DNA of 64,000 nucleotides from Psilocybe cubensis (taxonomy: Eukaryota), in the NCBI GenBank assembly GCA_017499595.2, contig CM039002.1:1364001-1428000 (forward strand), in the 5' to 3' direction. The position numbers were made by a program, and so were the translations under genes. The notes beneath the pieces are model-generated. The model saw nothing but the letters and a program-made list of their open reading frames with translations. It did not search any database and was not told the DNA's origin. Of the stretch, positions 34,089 through 48,039 are shown piece after piece (the first letter of the stretch is position 1; each line of letters begins with the position of its first letter).

Positions 34089-36798
34089 TCAAAGCAAAGC
34101 GGCTGCAAGCTGAACCTTCAGTGACTTCAAGACCTCGACAGCAGCCTTAATTTCAGCGTCTAGTTCTGGCGTCTTTGGGGTCTTTGCCTTCAGCTCCCTG
34201 ACAATCTGGCCTTGTTCGGCAACCTTCGTCTCCAGAGCAATCGCCTCCTCCGACTTTGGCTTGTCGCTAGCAACATCTGTGGTTTCTCCCTTTTTCTTCT
34301 TGTATTTGGCGCCTTTGGCCGGCTCGGCCTCGGCTTCTGCAGCAGGCTTGCCACCAAACTTAGCCTTCCACACCTCCTCCATCTTGTCGTCAATCTTCTT
34401 GAAGAGGTGCTCGGGCTTTCCAATCGTGTGGCCGCCAAGGATATCGTTTGAAAGCACTTCGGGTACGACACGCGCGGGTGCATTGAGTTGGGAGAGAATA
34501 GATTCGGAGGTGGCAGGCATAAATGGATAGATGAGAGTCGACAGCGCATAAATAAGATTAATAGCTCGGGAGATAACCTGGGCACATCGGGTTGGGTTAG
34601 ATTCCATAAGAGCTTTGTTGAGGCCAGATGATTGCAGGTAGGTATTTCCGGCGGAGGATATATGCATGACAGTTTGGAGTCCCAGACGAATCTTTACGGA
34701 GTCCATGGCGTCGATATATTCTTTCAAGAGGGTATTCACGTTAGTAATAAACTCCGCGTCATCGGGATCGTTGGGAGAATAAGGTCCTGGGGCGTCGCCA
34801 CTCTCTGGAATCACACTGTTATATTGCGACGACACAAATTTGAGAGCACGGTTTACAAAGTTTCCGAAGCTGAAAGATGGTCAGTGAAAGTGAAAAAGGA
34901 GCTGAAGGTTGAAAAAGTGATTCGTACTTGTTTAATAGCACGTTGTTGTTGGCGGCAATCTGTGCAGATTTTTTCAGATATAGAATATCGTGACGGAGAA
35001 ATCAATCAACTTACACATTCTGCCCACGAAAACATGGCATCTGCTGTTTCTGGTCGGGAAGACAACAAGTAATATCTCCAGACTGACGCAGGAATGCCGG
35101 TTTCTTTGGCAGCTGGTCCGAACACACCACGATTCTTTCCTTTCGAGAACTTTCCACCTTCGTAGTTCAAGTATTCTACAGATGCGGTGAGGAGAGTCAG
35201 AATGTGACGCTATATGGCAGATATCATGGGCAGACCTGTCGTAGAAAGATGGTGGAGCTTGGTCCAGTCCCTGCCATCACCGATTTGCACCGACGGCCAA
35301 TAGACTGTATGGAAGTAAACATTGTCTTTGCCCATGAATTGATATAGGTCAACATTTTTGGGGTTGAACCACCATTGCTTCCACTCTGGTGTCAAGTGAG
35401 CCGTGATACTGGGGTACCCAATAGGAGCGTCGAACTAATAGGAAATGATAAATTTTATGGCGGGGGAACCAGAGAAGTAAGTCGTACCCAAACATCTAGG
35501 GATATTGGGCGTCAGAACAAAACTTGGGCAGTAAACAGCTCAAAAACGTACATAATACCTTTCCTGCCATTCCCAATTTATCCTCATCGTCATAAGGAAC
35601 CGGGACACCCCACTTCAGATCGCGCGTCAAAGGGGTAGGGAGAAGTCCATTTTTCAGTCGAGGATCGACGATTTCTCCATCGGCGTTGATCACAGAGTTC
35701 GGAGACCATTTACCGGCCTTCCAGGATTGTTTGATCCATTCTTCCGTTCGTGGCTGGATCGAGTCAAGTTTAAGATACATATGTGATGATATCCGAGTGG
35801 TAAGTGTGTGGGTCTTATCAACGATACAGCGAGGTTTTATCAGTTCAATGGCATCCAAAGTCCTGCCACATCCATCGCATTGATCCCCTCGAGCATCTTC
35901 AAAGGCGCAATGAGGGCATACACCTTCAACATAACGGTCGGCAAGGAACCTAGGGAAACTCAGTACATATTCTAGTAGAATCTTGTGATAGGACGTACTT
36001 TGGGCACCCTTCACAATAGATCTGTTCCTTCTCTTGTTTTTCTAGAAGGTCGTTCTTTCCCAGATTAGTGTATATTTCTTGAGCAATTCTGAAAATCCCT
36101 TAATTTTGATAGCTTAAAATAAATAAGTCCCGTAACACATACTCAGAATGAATAGGGGTAGAAGTGCGACCAAAATGATCAAATCTAAAAGCTCGCAAGT
36201 CAATCTAGATATCACATATACTATATAATTTGAAGCCATACCCAATATCAAACCATTCATACGTTTCCTTGTGCAGAACATAGTATTTGTCGCAAAGTTC
36301 TCGGGGGGTAATTCCTTCCTTGAGGGCCTGTGTTTCCGTGGCAGTCCCGTATTCGTCCGTCCCGCAGATGTATAACGTCCGCCATTGCCTAGTTCCTGTA
36401 AGTATTTGAGCATTGAGATTGGCTGGGATGAAGGAGCAAGCATACGAGCATATCTTGAAGCAATTTAACTAAGAACAATTATTTATGACAAAATCAAGTG
36501 CGTTGGACATACCGACTGAACACATCAGCACTGAGGGTGCTTCCGATGATGTTACCTACCCGAGGTCAGCACGCATAACAACAAAAGATGACTGCACACA
36601 CCGAGATGGGGAACGTTATTGCAATAGGGCAATGAAGAAGTAATAAGTATATTTTTCTCTCCTTCCTTGGGCAGTCTAAAGATTCTGTAAGCCAAACGAG
36701 CGCGTGTTGTAAAATGAAAAATCTGCGTACGGCGCCTCTAATCCGGGTGGTGGTACCACTCGCAAGAATCCATCATCGGGCCTGATTTTCTGGACCAT
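34089..36798 (-). CDS. MES1: Cytosolic methionyl-tRNA synthetase
   Basis: [20 protein letters not shown] (HIGH-like), ICGTDEYG, Zn knuckle [32 protein letters not shown] (KMSKS-like), and a WHEP-like C-terminal appendix. Confidence 0.96.
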
Positions 36799-37033
36799 AT
36801 TTGTAGGAGAGTGAACAAATCGACGACTGGTAATTTAAAAAGGAAAGGATGTCGAGTCGATAGAAGATGAAGTTCGCTCAATCGATCTTCATCAATTTAA
36901 TTAGCCATATGACTCGACCAAACAAGGATCTACAACGCGCCTGTCACGTTATGACACACCAAACTTTAGCCGAGCTTTGAACTGACCCCTTACCAACCCC
37001 ACATTGATAAATGCTCCCTTCAGTGCAGCAATC

Positions 37034-39589
37034 ATGAATTCTATTAGAGCCTGGGTCAAGTGAGTCACTGGCGTCTTGCTTTTATACCAATCATCTTACT
37101 GGTAGTATGAAGCTTTCTCAAACCCAGAGCGGGTGTTCCTACAAGCTCAGCACAACCCGAGTTCACTCTGCGAGCTGTCTGTTTAGGCCTTGCAATCGGT
37201 TGCTTAATATGTTTTACCAACTTAAGTTTGGGACTTCAATCAGGATGGATATCTATGTGTGTCGTTGTGATCAAAGGTGGAACTTCTGAGGGTCTAACTT
37301 AATTGTAGGATGTCCATCCAGTCCGCCCTGATTGGTTTTCTCATATCCAGAACACTTCCTGTCCCGTTAACCCCACAAGAGATTATTGTGGTCCAAACAA
37401 CTGCTGTCGCAACAGGAACTATGCCTCTTGCTGCTGGATTTGTGGGTATACTGCCTGCTCTTACGTTGCTTAGCGAAGAGCGAGACGGCACTCCAGCTAT
37501 ACACCTCACCTGGATTGCTGCGATAGGTTGGTCATGCTCAGTGGCTTTTTTTGGGTAGGTGTCTCACCGCACTTCAAGATCGTATTGATTATCCTGTTCC
37601 CAAGAGTCTTCTTATCCCCACCTATACGTAAACAAGTTGTATGTCTACTCGTTTGCAGACCATGCATGCCCTTCGCTCATATACGTCCACTAGATCATCG
37701 AAGAACAACTACCCTTTCCTTCAGGAACTGCAACTGCACATCTGATATCAGTTCTACACCATCTTCCCCCACCAGATACCACTATACGTCACCGACAAGG
37801 GTATCAACAAGTTGAGGATGAAGAGGAGGTCACTGTATCTGCTGAGAACCAACAAGAATCAATCACGGAAGAAGAATCTGAAGATGAAACTGAACGTGAT
37901 ATTGTAGAGCACCAAGGATGGTCAAACCTTATCTGGAGTTTTGCTGTTTCTGGTGGTTTAACTGTAATCCGACTGTCAATTTGTGAGTTTACTTTTCAAA
38001 CTGATCAGTAGTATTTCAGCTCGTCGCATACTTTTTCCCTGTTCTGTTCGCCATTCCATTATTCGGAAACTATCTTGCAAAGGAATGGCTATGGTATTTC
38101 ACACCAAGTCTGTCTTACGTCGGACAAGGTTTGTATACCAGTATTTCTGGGATACATGTCCATAACTTCTATGTCTAGGCGTGATTATGGGATTTTCTAC
38201 GACTATCAGTATGAATTTGGTGCGTGTAACGCGGAGCATTGTTGTTATGGTACCTAATGCTTCTTGTTTTAGGGCATGTTTGCAGGTTGGGCAATTTTGT
38301 CTCCACTTTCCAAACTGTCTGGTTGGGCTCCAGGTCCTGTCGGGGACATGGCCAGTGGTGCTCGAGGCTGGATTCTATGGATATCCCTCGGTATTATGTG
38401 CTCTGATAGCCTGGTTTCTCTTCTTCCGGTTGTTTTTGAATATCTCGAAGATGGTCTCCGCCACTGGAGAAGAGATTATTCTGTTGTAGAAGGCCTCGGC
38501 CAAAGTAAAAGTCACGAAACCGAGACTAAAGAACGACTTGTGCCCAATAGCTGGGTTATTATTGGTCTTTTCCTTAGCGTTTTCATCGGCACTATCTTAG
38601 TATGGATCGTCTTTGGTAACGAAGGGATCAAACCTTGGGCCACTCTGCTTGGTTTTATTCTCGGGGGAATGTTGAGCATTATCGGGTACACAGTTTCTGA
38701 AAATATATCTTCTCAAGCTGATCACTTTACAACAGAGTTCGTGCTCTTGGCGAAACAGATCTTAATCCAGTGTCTGGTCTAGGAAAAGTCTCACAATTGT
38801 TCTTCGCATGGATTCAGCCCGGTAACATCGTTGCCAACATAATTGCTGGAGGTGTAGCTGAAGCTGGTGCACAACAGCAAGTAGATTCAATCGCCAGCGC
38901 CTGCATACGACTTATCATTTTCATTACTCTTTAGGGCTGGTGACCTTATGCAAGATCTGAAGACAGGGCACCTATGTCAAGCATCTCCACGAGCACAATT
39001 CTATGGTCAGCTTATAGGTTCTTCGGTGTCAATTGTGGTCACTACTACAGCATACACACTATACAATCGTGCCTATGTAATACCCGGGCCTTCTTTCCCT
39101 GCGCCAACAGCATATGTGTGGCTAAGCCTTGCGAGACTGCTTCGTAAGTTCGACACGTTTTCCAGAAGATAAGGCTAATTCCTGTTTGTAAATTTAGGCG
39201 ACGGTCAATTACCGGAGAACAGTGCAATGTTTATGGTAGTGTTCTCTGCCGTCTTCGCTTTCATTTCAGCTACGAAGACTTACGCCTCGAGGAGAAGTCT
39301 ATGGTATGCCAAATGGCTTCCCTCAGGGGTCGCCTTCGCGATCGGGTTTTTGAATACTCCTTCCTTTTCAATCGCGCGTTTGATTGGAGGAATCATGGAA
39401 TACGTTTATCGCACTCGTTTTGCTAAAGATAAAGGTGACATTCGACTGATTGTGATCGCAAGTGGATTCGTGCTGGGAGAAGGTGTAGTCAGTATTATAT
39501 CCCTGATCCTTCGGACACTTGGAGTTGGTGTAGCTAGCTGTTATGGGTGTGGACATGGACTGTGTGGAGGATGCGCTACTGTATCCTGA
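37034..39589 (+). CDS. OPT-family oligopeptide transporter (YSL-like clade)
   Basis: EFTLRAVCLGLAIG..GLQSGWISM, FPSGTATAHLI, GETDLNPVSGLGK, AGDLMQDLKTGHL. Start inferred from the spliced first exon MNSIRAWV/NFLKPR. Confidence 0.92.
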
Positions 39590-39836
39590 TGTAGACGTTG
39601 TATCGATTTGTAAAGATTACACATTGTTTCCATGTCGTTTCATCTTCAATACCTAGCTTCTTCCGTGCTTGAGGTGTGAGTTGGGCCTGAGCTTCATTTG
39701 GGCCAGGTTTGATCCTTTTACATCATCCCGACACGTTTGTTCCACGTCAGCCTTGCTTTGGATATGTTGCTCAGTCAGTTCACTGCCCTGCACGCAATAT
39801 GTCGCATACACCAGTCATCCTTTTAAACGAACGTCC

Positions 39837-40855
39837 ATGTCTAAAATCGAACTAGCCAAAATCAAATCTCTAACGTTCTACAATGACGCAGTCACTGCTG
39901 CCCGCCGTACTGCTCCTATGCCGCAGCTAGTTTGCGTCGGCAAACCATGTAGAGTTTTCCAACCCGAAGCGGTTAGATGTGTTAACCTTGGAGGTTCTGG
40001 GACGGACGTCGACTGGAAGGTGGTTGTCATGTTTATGTCACTTGGGTTGTATTTCTTATCATCGAGCTAGTGTGAAGCAGATCTTCCAGACTCGTTACGG
40101 TTTGGCAAAGTGGAAGTTTCTTGTGAAGGATGGTCAAAGCCTGGTGATCCTTATGTTTTGAAGGGTACGCAAACAATTTCGATATCACTTGCATACCGCT
40201 GGCTTATTGACGTTGTTTAAGGATCCTGTTCTTTAGAATATCGACTTGTTGAAGTTCCGAGGACACTACTCCGCGATTCAGACTCTCCTCTTTTCAACCC
40301 AAGTTGTAAGGGACCCTTGATTCATCTTTCTAATTTTTTCTGAGTTATGGAGCAGCATATGACTGGGCAAGCATCTTCTTCTTCATTTTATGGCTTGCTT
40401 TCCTCGGGATCATCCTCTACAGCTTTATCCTGTCATGTTTCCGTAACAACACCACAACACGAGGGCCTCGTCCCACAGGTCACAATCGACCAGGCGGAGG
40501 CGGCAGCAGTGGGTGGTTCCCAGGAGGATACAACGACCATTCAACCGATCCTCCTCCTCCGTATTCCAAAAACGCACAGCCTGAACCCCGGCAGGGTTGG
40601 CGACCTGGTTTCTTCACCGGCGCTTTAGTTGGCGGACTGGCAAATCATCTGTGGAATCGACCGCGCAATGAGCAGTATGCTCGTACCACTAGTTATGACT
40701 GGGAGCGGCGTCGAGCGGTACCACGATCGTCATTCTTTGGTGGGGGGAGCACCTTTAGGCAGCCATCATATCAGAGCGATGACCGGGGAGAAGGAAGTTC
40801 GAATTTAGGATCGATGAGACGGAGTACAGGCTTGGGAGGCACAAATGTCCGGTGA
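39837..40855 (+). CDS. SARAF/DUF1183-like membrane protein
   Basis: IKSLTFY..RRTAPMPQLVCVG..VRC.N.G..DVDWK/CEADLP..FGKVEVSCEGW..DPYVLKGSCSLEY, one transmembrane helix, PPPPY motif and tail RRSTGLGGTNVR. Confidence 0.88.
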
Positions 40856-41677
40856 AGCTGGGTTCTATGGTTTCTTGAGTCCTCTATATTCATTTCTTGA
40901 CCTCTTTTGATCTTACACAAAACTGTAGCTAGAGTTCCAGACGCCCTTGCGCTATCTATTTGTACGGATTTCCATAATCCTGTATACTGCTTCGGAAAAA
41001 TATATGTCATACCATTCAAATCGAACTACAATTTGGGGGAAACATTAAAGCTCCGGTTTTATTATGACCGCAACGAAATCAAGCTTTCAACAATCAATGC
41101 CGTGCTTCGAAATTCGGATCCTTTTTCTCCACATTAGAATTTACGCTTCTTGCGCGCCTGCAACCCGACTGGGAAATGTATCCTATAAAAAACGCAATTA
41201 GGTTCTCACTGTACCTGTCTAGTGGAACCTTCGTGCTTACAGACCAGTCCTCATGAGATTGAGTCTTGACCACATCAACTCTCTCAAATACAAGAACCTT
41301 CGCGTCGTCCCAGCGCTTTCTCGACGGTTGCTGTGGGGTAATCTTCGGATTAAGTGCAATCTTGAACAGCCAACCGACAATAAATCACGAGTGCGACTTA
41401 GCAAACCACAACAGGGTTGTCACTGCTATATCGTTTGGATTCCTTCCATAGCAATGATGCGGGGCTTGTTATCGTTCACTCGCAAACATAGGACGTACTT
41501 GGATCCGAAGAAACTTCATCAAGGACTATGTTGTAAGGATTGGCGTGGCACCCATTACGCCTCATATCCCCACATACCTATGTGTGCGTGTTTCTGAAGA
41601 ATGCCAAGTCTCGTTAGAATTCATGTGATGCCGTCCTCCCTCTCCCTTGTGCGCGTACTACCAGCGAGTGCGCGAAC

Positions 41678-41737
41678 ATGGCTGTATGTCGGGCATTTAA
41701 CGGATAACCTCCCGCTACGGAGCGAGTATTAAAGCGC
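41678..41737 (+). promoter_or_regulatory. Conserved promoter block upstream of GH5 copy A
   Basis: 31-bp ATGGCTGTATGTCGGGCATTTAACGGATAAC (30/31 identical to 44886-44916), followed by TATA-like GTATTAAAGCGC, which both paralogs share. Confidence 0.6.
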
Positions 41738-41783
41738 GCGTCTTCTGAAGGGGGCGAGAGAAGGCAAACCCCCTCGGCTCGAA

Positions 41784-43675
41784 ATGAGGTCCTCGTTCAC
41801 TGCGTTTGCATCTTTGGCGCTCTTGTCGTCTGTGTCTCCCGTCCTGTCGGTCCCTGTCTATGGCCAGTGTGGTGTATGCACCTTTTCGCTTTCCAGTGGT
41901 AGATGAGGAAAATATCTTGTGCTAACATGATGTGGTGTATCGTTGCAGGGACAAAACTACTCTGGCTCTACAGTTTGCGATGACGGATCAGTGTGCACTT
42001 ACTCCAACCCATGTAGGCGACATGCAATATCCAGAAACATACGCAAGGTCGTTGACCAATTTGAATGTAAACAGGGTATTCACAGTGTTTGCCCGGCAGC
42101 GCGACGACTCCGACACCCACCACGACAACTTCGACCACCAACAATGGCGGCACACCCACCTCCACCGGCACATCTCCAGGGAACTCCGTCTGCGCAGGCC
42201 CGCGCACCAAATTCAAGTTCTTCGGTGTGAACCAGTCCGGTGCCGAGTTCGGAGAGTCCATCTGGCCGGTAAGTCCATAGTTGCTAAATATAAAACAGGG
42301 ACACATGGGCGCTTATGCTTACAACCAATCTAACAGGGTACCCTTGGAAAGGAGTACACATGGCCCAGCCCGAGCTCCATTGACTACTTTGTCGGCCAGG
42401 GATTCAACACGTTCCGCGTGCCATTCCTTCTCGAGCGCATGAACCCCCCAGCGAACGGCATTGCTGGCGCGTTCGACCAGATGTACCTCAACGGTCTGAA
42501 GACGGTGCATATTCCAACTCTATCCTGCGGAAGTGTATGATGGATAACTGATGTAAATTCCAGACCGTCAACTACATCGTCGGCAAGGGTGCATATGCCG
42601 TCATCGAACGTACGATATGAATTGGCTATGGTGCGATCATGTTAGGCTAATTGAGGATACGTTTTGCAGCCCATAACTACATGAGGTACAATCATGGTAT
42701 CATCACGAGCGTCTCCGAGTAAGTTTGGCCCTGCACATACGAGCGCTTAACTTTTCTGATCAAATCTCGTTGCCAGCTTCTCTACTTGTGCGTACCCTGT
42801 TCGCACTCTGTTGCATATATACTGAGCTTATTTCTCAACATAAGTCTGGAGGAACCTTGCCAATGAATTCGTGCGTCGATTTCTTCGAGTAACATGACTA
42901 CTGATAGTTGAACTAATGTCCATAGAAATCGATCAGCAATGTCATCTTCGGTGAGTCCTTAAATTTTTTTTAGTAACTATTTCTTACAATATGCGTTCCT
43001 CTTACAGACGTAATGAACGAACCCTACGGTATCGAAGCTCAGACCGTCTTCAACCTGAACCAGGCCGCCGTCAACGCGATCCGCGCCGCCGGTGCAACCC
43101 AACAGCTCATCCTCGTCGAAGGAACCTGTACGTCCTCCCAGCAAAAAATAAAAAAAACAAATCCCACTCACTCCTCTCTCACAGCGTGGACGGGCGCCTG
43201 GACATGGCAGTCCTCCGGCAACGCAGCCGTCTTCGGCGCGATTAAGGACCCAAACAACAATGTCGCGATCCAGATGCACCAGTACCTCGACTCAGACGGC
43301 TCCGGCACGTCGCCAAACTGCGTCTCGCCTACGGTCGGCGCGGAGCGCCTGCAGGTCGCGACGGAGTGGCTAAAGGCGAACAACCTGAAGGGCATCCTCG
43401 GCGAGATCGGCGCGGGCTCGAATTCGCAGTGCATCAGCGCGGTGCAGGGCGCGCTGTGCACGATGCAGCAGTCTGGTGTGTGGATCGGTGCGCTATGGTG
43501 GGCTGCGGGACCTTGGTGGGGTAATGTGAGTGTTTTGCTTTTATTTTATTTTTTTGGAGCATTTTGTGGTGGATGCTGATGTGTGGGTTTGTGTTAGTAC
43601 TTCCAATCTATCGAGCCGCCCAATGGAGCTGCCATTTCGCAGATCCTCCCCCAGGCGCTCAAACCCTTCCTGTAA
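41784..43675 (+). CDS. CBM1-GH5 endo-1,4-beta-glucanase (GH5_5-like), copy A
   Basis: Signal peptide, CBM1 YGQCG/GQNYSGSTVC...YSQCL, Thr-rich linker, FGVNQSGAEFG, acid/base MNEP, HQYLDSDGSGT, nucleophile GEIG, WWAAGPWW. Confidence 0.96.
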
Positions 43676-44096
43676 AAACAGATTTCTGGGAATAGGCCAT
43701 TCGTACTAGAACCGTTCGCATTCGACTCTCGAGGGCGTTATCCGGTTGCTGACCCAGGAATGTCGCCTGAAGCTAGAAAAAAACTTGCTTTGATCTGAAA
43801 TGAAATATTTTATATTCCATCAATTCTAACTGAATATTGAAAGGTGTGAAAGTCGAAGAAGTATCAGCCAGAAATAAACAATATTATCATGACGTTGACG
43901 TTTCCGCGCCGGACAGGTCCCTCCAATTCCTTTCAAAAAGTTTCTTTCTTCTATGTTGCACACGTGGAAAACGAGAGAACAGGCGGGAAGGCCGCTTTAA
44001 CAGCCTGTGGCCATGATCTCATTCTGACCTTGATTTCGATGCTGACCTCTTTCCTTGCACTTATTTCGAGGTTTCAATGGTTCAGATGAAACCACT

Positions 44097-44250
44097 TCAA
44101 CACCATGGCTGGCAGCGCCCTCTTGGACCCAGATACCTTCTTATTCAACTCACACACCGTCCTGCACATCTCCGCTGCCCGTGCCCTCCAGCGCAAGCTA
44201 AAGAACAAGTAGCGCGCAGCAACACCAGAAGATGATGGGACTGACGATGA
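44097..44250 (+). pseudogene. Decayed copy of exon 1 of the downstream MFS gene
   Basis: TCAACACCATGGCTGGCAGCGCCCTCTTGGACCCAGATACC aligns by eye with TCAACACCGTGGCGGGCGACGCCCTCATCGGCCCAGACGCC at 48065. AAGAACAAGTAG here corresponds to AAGAACAAGCAG there (CAG to TAG). Confidence 0.75.
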
Positions 44251-44885
44251 TCCATTCTCTTCGTCTGTAATGGCACGCTCTCCCACGGGCCACGGGCCAC
44301 GAACATGAATCCTGATCATCTCGACGACACTCAAATACCAGAAATGAATAACAATAACCCCAGCGCTTGCGGATTTTACACTTTGTTTTTTTGTTTTCGA
44401 CGGTCGACGGTTGCCATCGCCATCATTCAATGCCGTGCAGCGGGGGTAAACTTCGGACTGTCCAACCTTCGACAGTAAGCCCGAGCAGCCAATCACAAGT
44501 GTCGAACTCGCCCCGAGCGCAGGCAGTTGTGGGGCAGTTTATACTAGGTTACACTTCTGTGTTCTTCCATAGCATCGAGCAATGATGCGTGATGCGTGAT
44601 GCTTAATATGGGCGCGCGGGGGTTGGGTATCAGGGTACTGTGCAAACATAGGACAGAGTTGGATCCGAGGAAACTTCATCGAGAGGCTTGAAAGGTCTCC
44701 TTTGCGCCTTTTTGTATTGGTGTTGTCCCCCCGGCCCGCAGAAGATATACGCGCTATATGTTTGTGTGTTTCCGAAGAAAGTCAAACGTTTCGCGAGAAT
44801 TCAGGTGATACCGTCTTTCCTATCCCCCACCCCCCCCCTCCCCAACCTATTGCGCGCATGTTAGCAGCCGGCCAGTGCGCGAGCT

Positions 44886-44945
44886 ATGGCTGTATGTCGG
44901 GCATTTAGCGGATAACTCTGAGTTACAGCCCAGGTATTAAAGCGC
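44886..44945 (+). promoter_or_regulatory. Conserved promoter block upstream of GH5 copy B
   Basis: Near-identical to 41678-41708, plus the shared GTATTAAAGCGC. Confidence 0.6.
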
Positions 44946-45016
44946 TAGTATATGGAAGGGAGGCCAGAGACGAACCGCCTCCACTCCCCATCCTCCCCAT
45001 CTCGACTCTGAGAAAA

Positions 45017-46986
45017 ATGAGGTCCTCGTTTACTGCGTTCGCGTCTTTGGCTGCGCTCTTGTCCGCTGTGGCTCCTGTGCTGTCTGTAGCTGTGTACGGC
45101 CAGTGTGGTGTATGCTTTTTTCTCGCGATGTGAATTGCAAAAGAATTTTTTGATCAAGCTGACGTTCGAATGCAGGGACAAGGCTACTCAGGCTCAACAG
45201 TCTGCGACTCCGGCTCCGTATGCACCTACTCCAACCCATGTAAGCTACCCTCTTCCCTCATCCCCCCCCTCCCCCCAAAAATTAAAAATAAAAATAAAAC
45301 CCACTAAATAAAACCATGTATCTGCAACACCCAGACTACTCGCAGTGCCTCCCAGGCACCGCAACAGCCTCACCAACAAAGACGACGTCGTCAGCGAGCA
45401 GCAGCGGCACGGGCACGCCCACGTCCACGGGCACAGTGCCGGGCAACTCCGTCTGCGCGGGATCGCGCACCAAGTTCAAGTTCTTCGGCGTGAGCGAGTC
45501 GGGCGCCGAGTTCGGGGGCACCGCGTGGCCTGTAAGTAAAGTTTTTTTGTGCTTTTGAGATTCGGTGATGTGCGCAGGGCGCTTATTTTTTTTTTTTTGG
45601 GGGGGGGGGATGTAGGGTGTCCTTGGAAAAGACTACACGTGGCCTAGCCCGAGCTCGATCGATTACTTTGTAGGACAGGGATTCAACACGTTCCGCGTAC
45701 CCTTCCTCGTCGAGCGCATGAACCCGCCCGCGAACGGGCTCGCAGGCGCATTCGACCAGACGTACCTCAGCGGCTTGAAAACCGTGAGTATATCATATTA
45801 ATATCATCCTCGCTAAGCTCGCTTTTTTTCGCTTTTTTGGGGGAGGCTGATGCTTTGTGTGTGTGGGTTGAATTTTAGATTGTCAATTATATCACGGGCA
45901 AGGGTGCATTTGCCGTTATCGACCGTACGTCTTGCGTTTTCGTGCCCGCTATGGTGATAATAACAGACTAGCTGATATGTGATGTGCAGCGCATAACTAC
46001 ATGAGGTACAACAACGCAATCATCACCAGCGTCTCCGAGTGAGTGTTCCTCTGAGCCTATGAGCGCTTAATTTTGTCTGACAAAGCATGGGGTTGTTTGC
46101 TAGCTTCACCACTTGTACGCGCTAAATTTGTGGTTTATTCGAAATTAATTAACCATTCTCTCCAAAAACCAGTCTGGACAAACCTCGCTGGTGAATTCGT
46201 ATGTGGATTTTGTTTGATATGTCATACGGTATTTGTTAAATGCCAATAGAAATCGAACGCCAACGTCATCTTCGGTGTGTTTTTTAATTTTTTTTGCAGC
46301 TTTGACTGGGTCTAACCTCGAATAGATATCATGAACGAGCCATACGGTATCGACGCTTCGACCGTCTTCACCCTGAACCAGGCAGCCGTCAACGCGATCC
46401 GCGCAGCCGGCGCAACCCAACAGCTCATTCTCGTCGAAGGAACCGGTACGTCTTCCCCCCCTCCAAAAAAACAAAAAAGAAATACCTACTCATACCTCTT
46501 TACAGCATGGACAGGCGCCTGGTCATGGCAATCCTCCGGCAACGCAGACGTCTTCGGCGCAATCAAAGACCCAAACAACAATGTCGCGATCCAGATGCAC
46601 CAGTACCTCGACTCGGACAGCTCCGGGACATCAGCCACCTGCGTCTCGTCGACGATCGGCGCCGAGCGCTTGCAGGAGGCGACGCAGTGGCTGCAGGCGA
46701 ATGGGCTCAAGGGGCTGTTGGGGGAGATTGGCGCGGGCTCGAATGCGCAGTGTATTAGTGCTGTGCAGGGTGCGCTGTGTGCGATGCAGGAGTCTGGTGT
46801 GTGGATTGGTGCGCTTTGGTGGGCTGCTGGGCCGTGGTGGGGTGATGTGAGTGTTTTGGTTCTTTTCTTTTGCTTGTGGTGGATGCTGATGTGCGGGATT
46901 GTGTATAGTACTTCCAATCGATTGAGCCGCCCAATGGCGCTGCTATCGCGCAGATCCTGCCCCAGGCACTCAAGCCCTTCCTGTAA
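45017..46986 (+). CDS. CBM1-GH5 endo-1,4-beta-glucanase (GH5_5-like), copy B
   Basis: Same domain order, catalytic motifs and intron positions as copy A; intron sequences have diverged. Confidence 0.96.
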
Positions 46987-48039
46987 AACAGACTTTGTGA
47001 TAAGTGCAGTGGGTTATCATTGTCATTGCGCTTGGGAAGCGAAGATAGATTGTAACAAAAGAGGTGTTGGATCTGAAATGAAATATAATACTGTGATATC
47101 GGTTCCCAGTGAGCGGTGTGAGCTGAGAAGGTGTGTTGGACTGAGAAGAAGCTTTGTGAGCACTCCTGTGTGGCGCCTGAAAGATCCGAGCAGGTTGGGA
47201 GTACTCAGTACAGAGGGATTCAGCTGCCAAGAGATCGATAGCAGACGTGGAGGTCAATTAGGGTTGCGATGAGATAAAGTAGGAGTCGAGTGCAACGTCG
47301 AAGAAAGTAAATTGTGTGACCTCGTGCCCGGTGGAAGGACGATGTGCAAGCCAAGGCCCCTAACTGGTGGTGCACTAGAATGTGCCAAGAGATTTGGAGG
47401 GACGTCATGGGAAGCGAGGAGGGTGATCCGCTGGTTTAGCGATGTTGTGATGCAGAGATATGGATTCCGGGGCCGGGTTTGAAACGGAATGGGTAATAAA
47501 GCGCCCAAGGAGAGTGGATGGCAGAGGCGCTCGCGCTTTCAGGATGCCAGAATTGGAATGTAGTCTAAAATGACGACAGAAAGAGGTAGCACGCGATAGA
47601 AGATGGGACAATTAGACACGGGCGACGGGATATGAGAAGCGGCAAGGCGACAGCATGTGTCGCGCCTGGCTTGTCCTTGGGTGTCGCATGACTGGGGATT
47701 ATGGTGAGAGTTTGTTTGAAATAGAGAGTTCATGGGTAAGATAGATGATAAGTAAGAAAGTTATGTTGGGACGGAGATAAGAGACGAAAATAGAGGAGAG
47801 ACGCACTGCGGGCACGAGTGTTCACGTACGAGTGCAACGAGTCAGGATGACAGCCGAGAAGCCGGAAGCTATCAATGGATGTCTAGTGAAGAGACGCTGG
47901 GCTGCCAGTCCCCCTCATTTCTAATCTCTGCCTGCTCGTGTCTCACCGCCTCCGCCTCGCGCCTGCCGCGCCTGTCCTTTCATATCCCTTATATTAACCT
48001 GCCTCTCCCTCCCTCCCTCTCTCCTCACACTTCTCCCTC

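Noticed and set aside
44074-44496. 140-aa minus-strand ORF between the GH5 genes
   Set aside because: Antisense to the decayed MFS exon and the duplicated promoter; no protein features.
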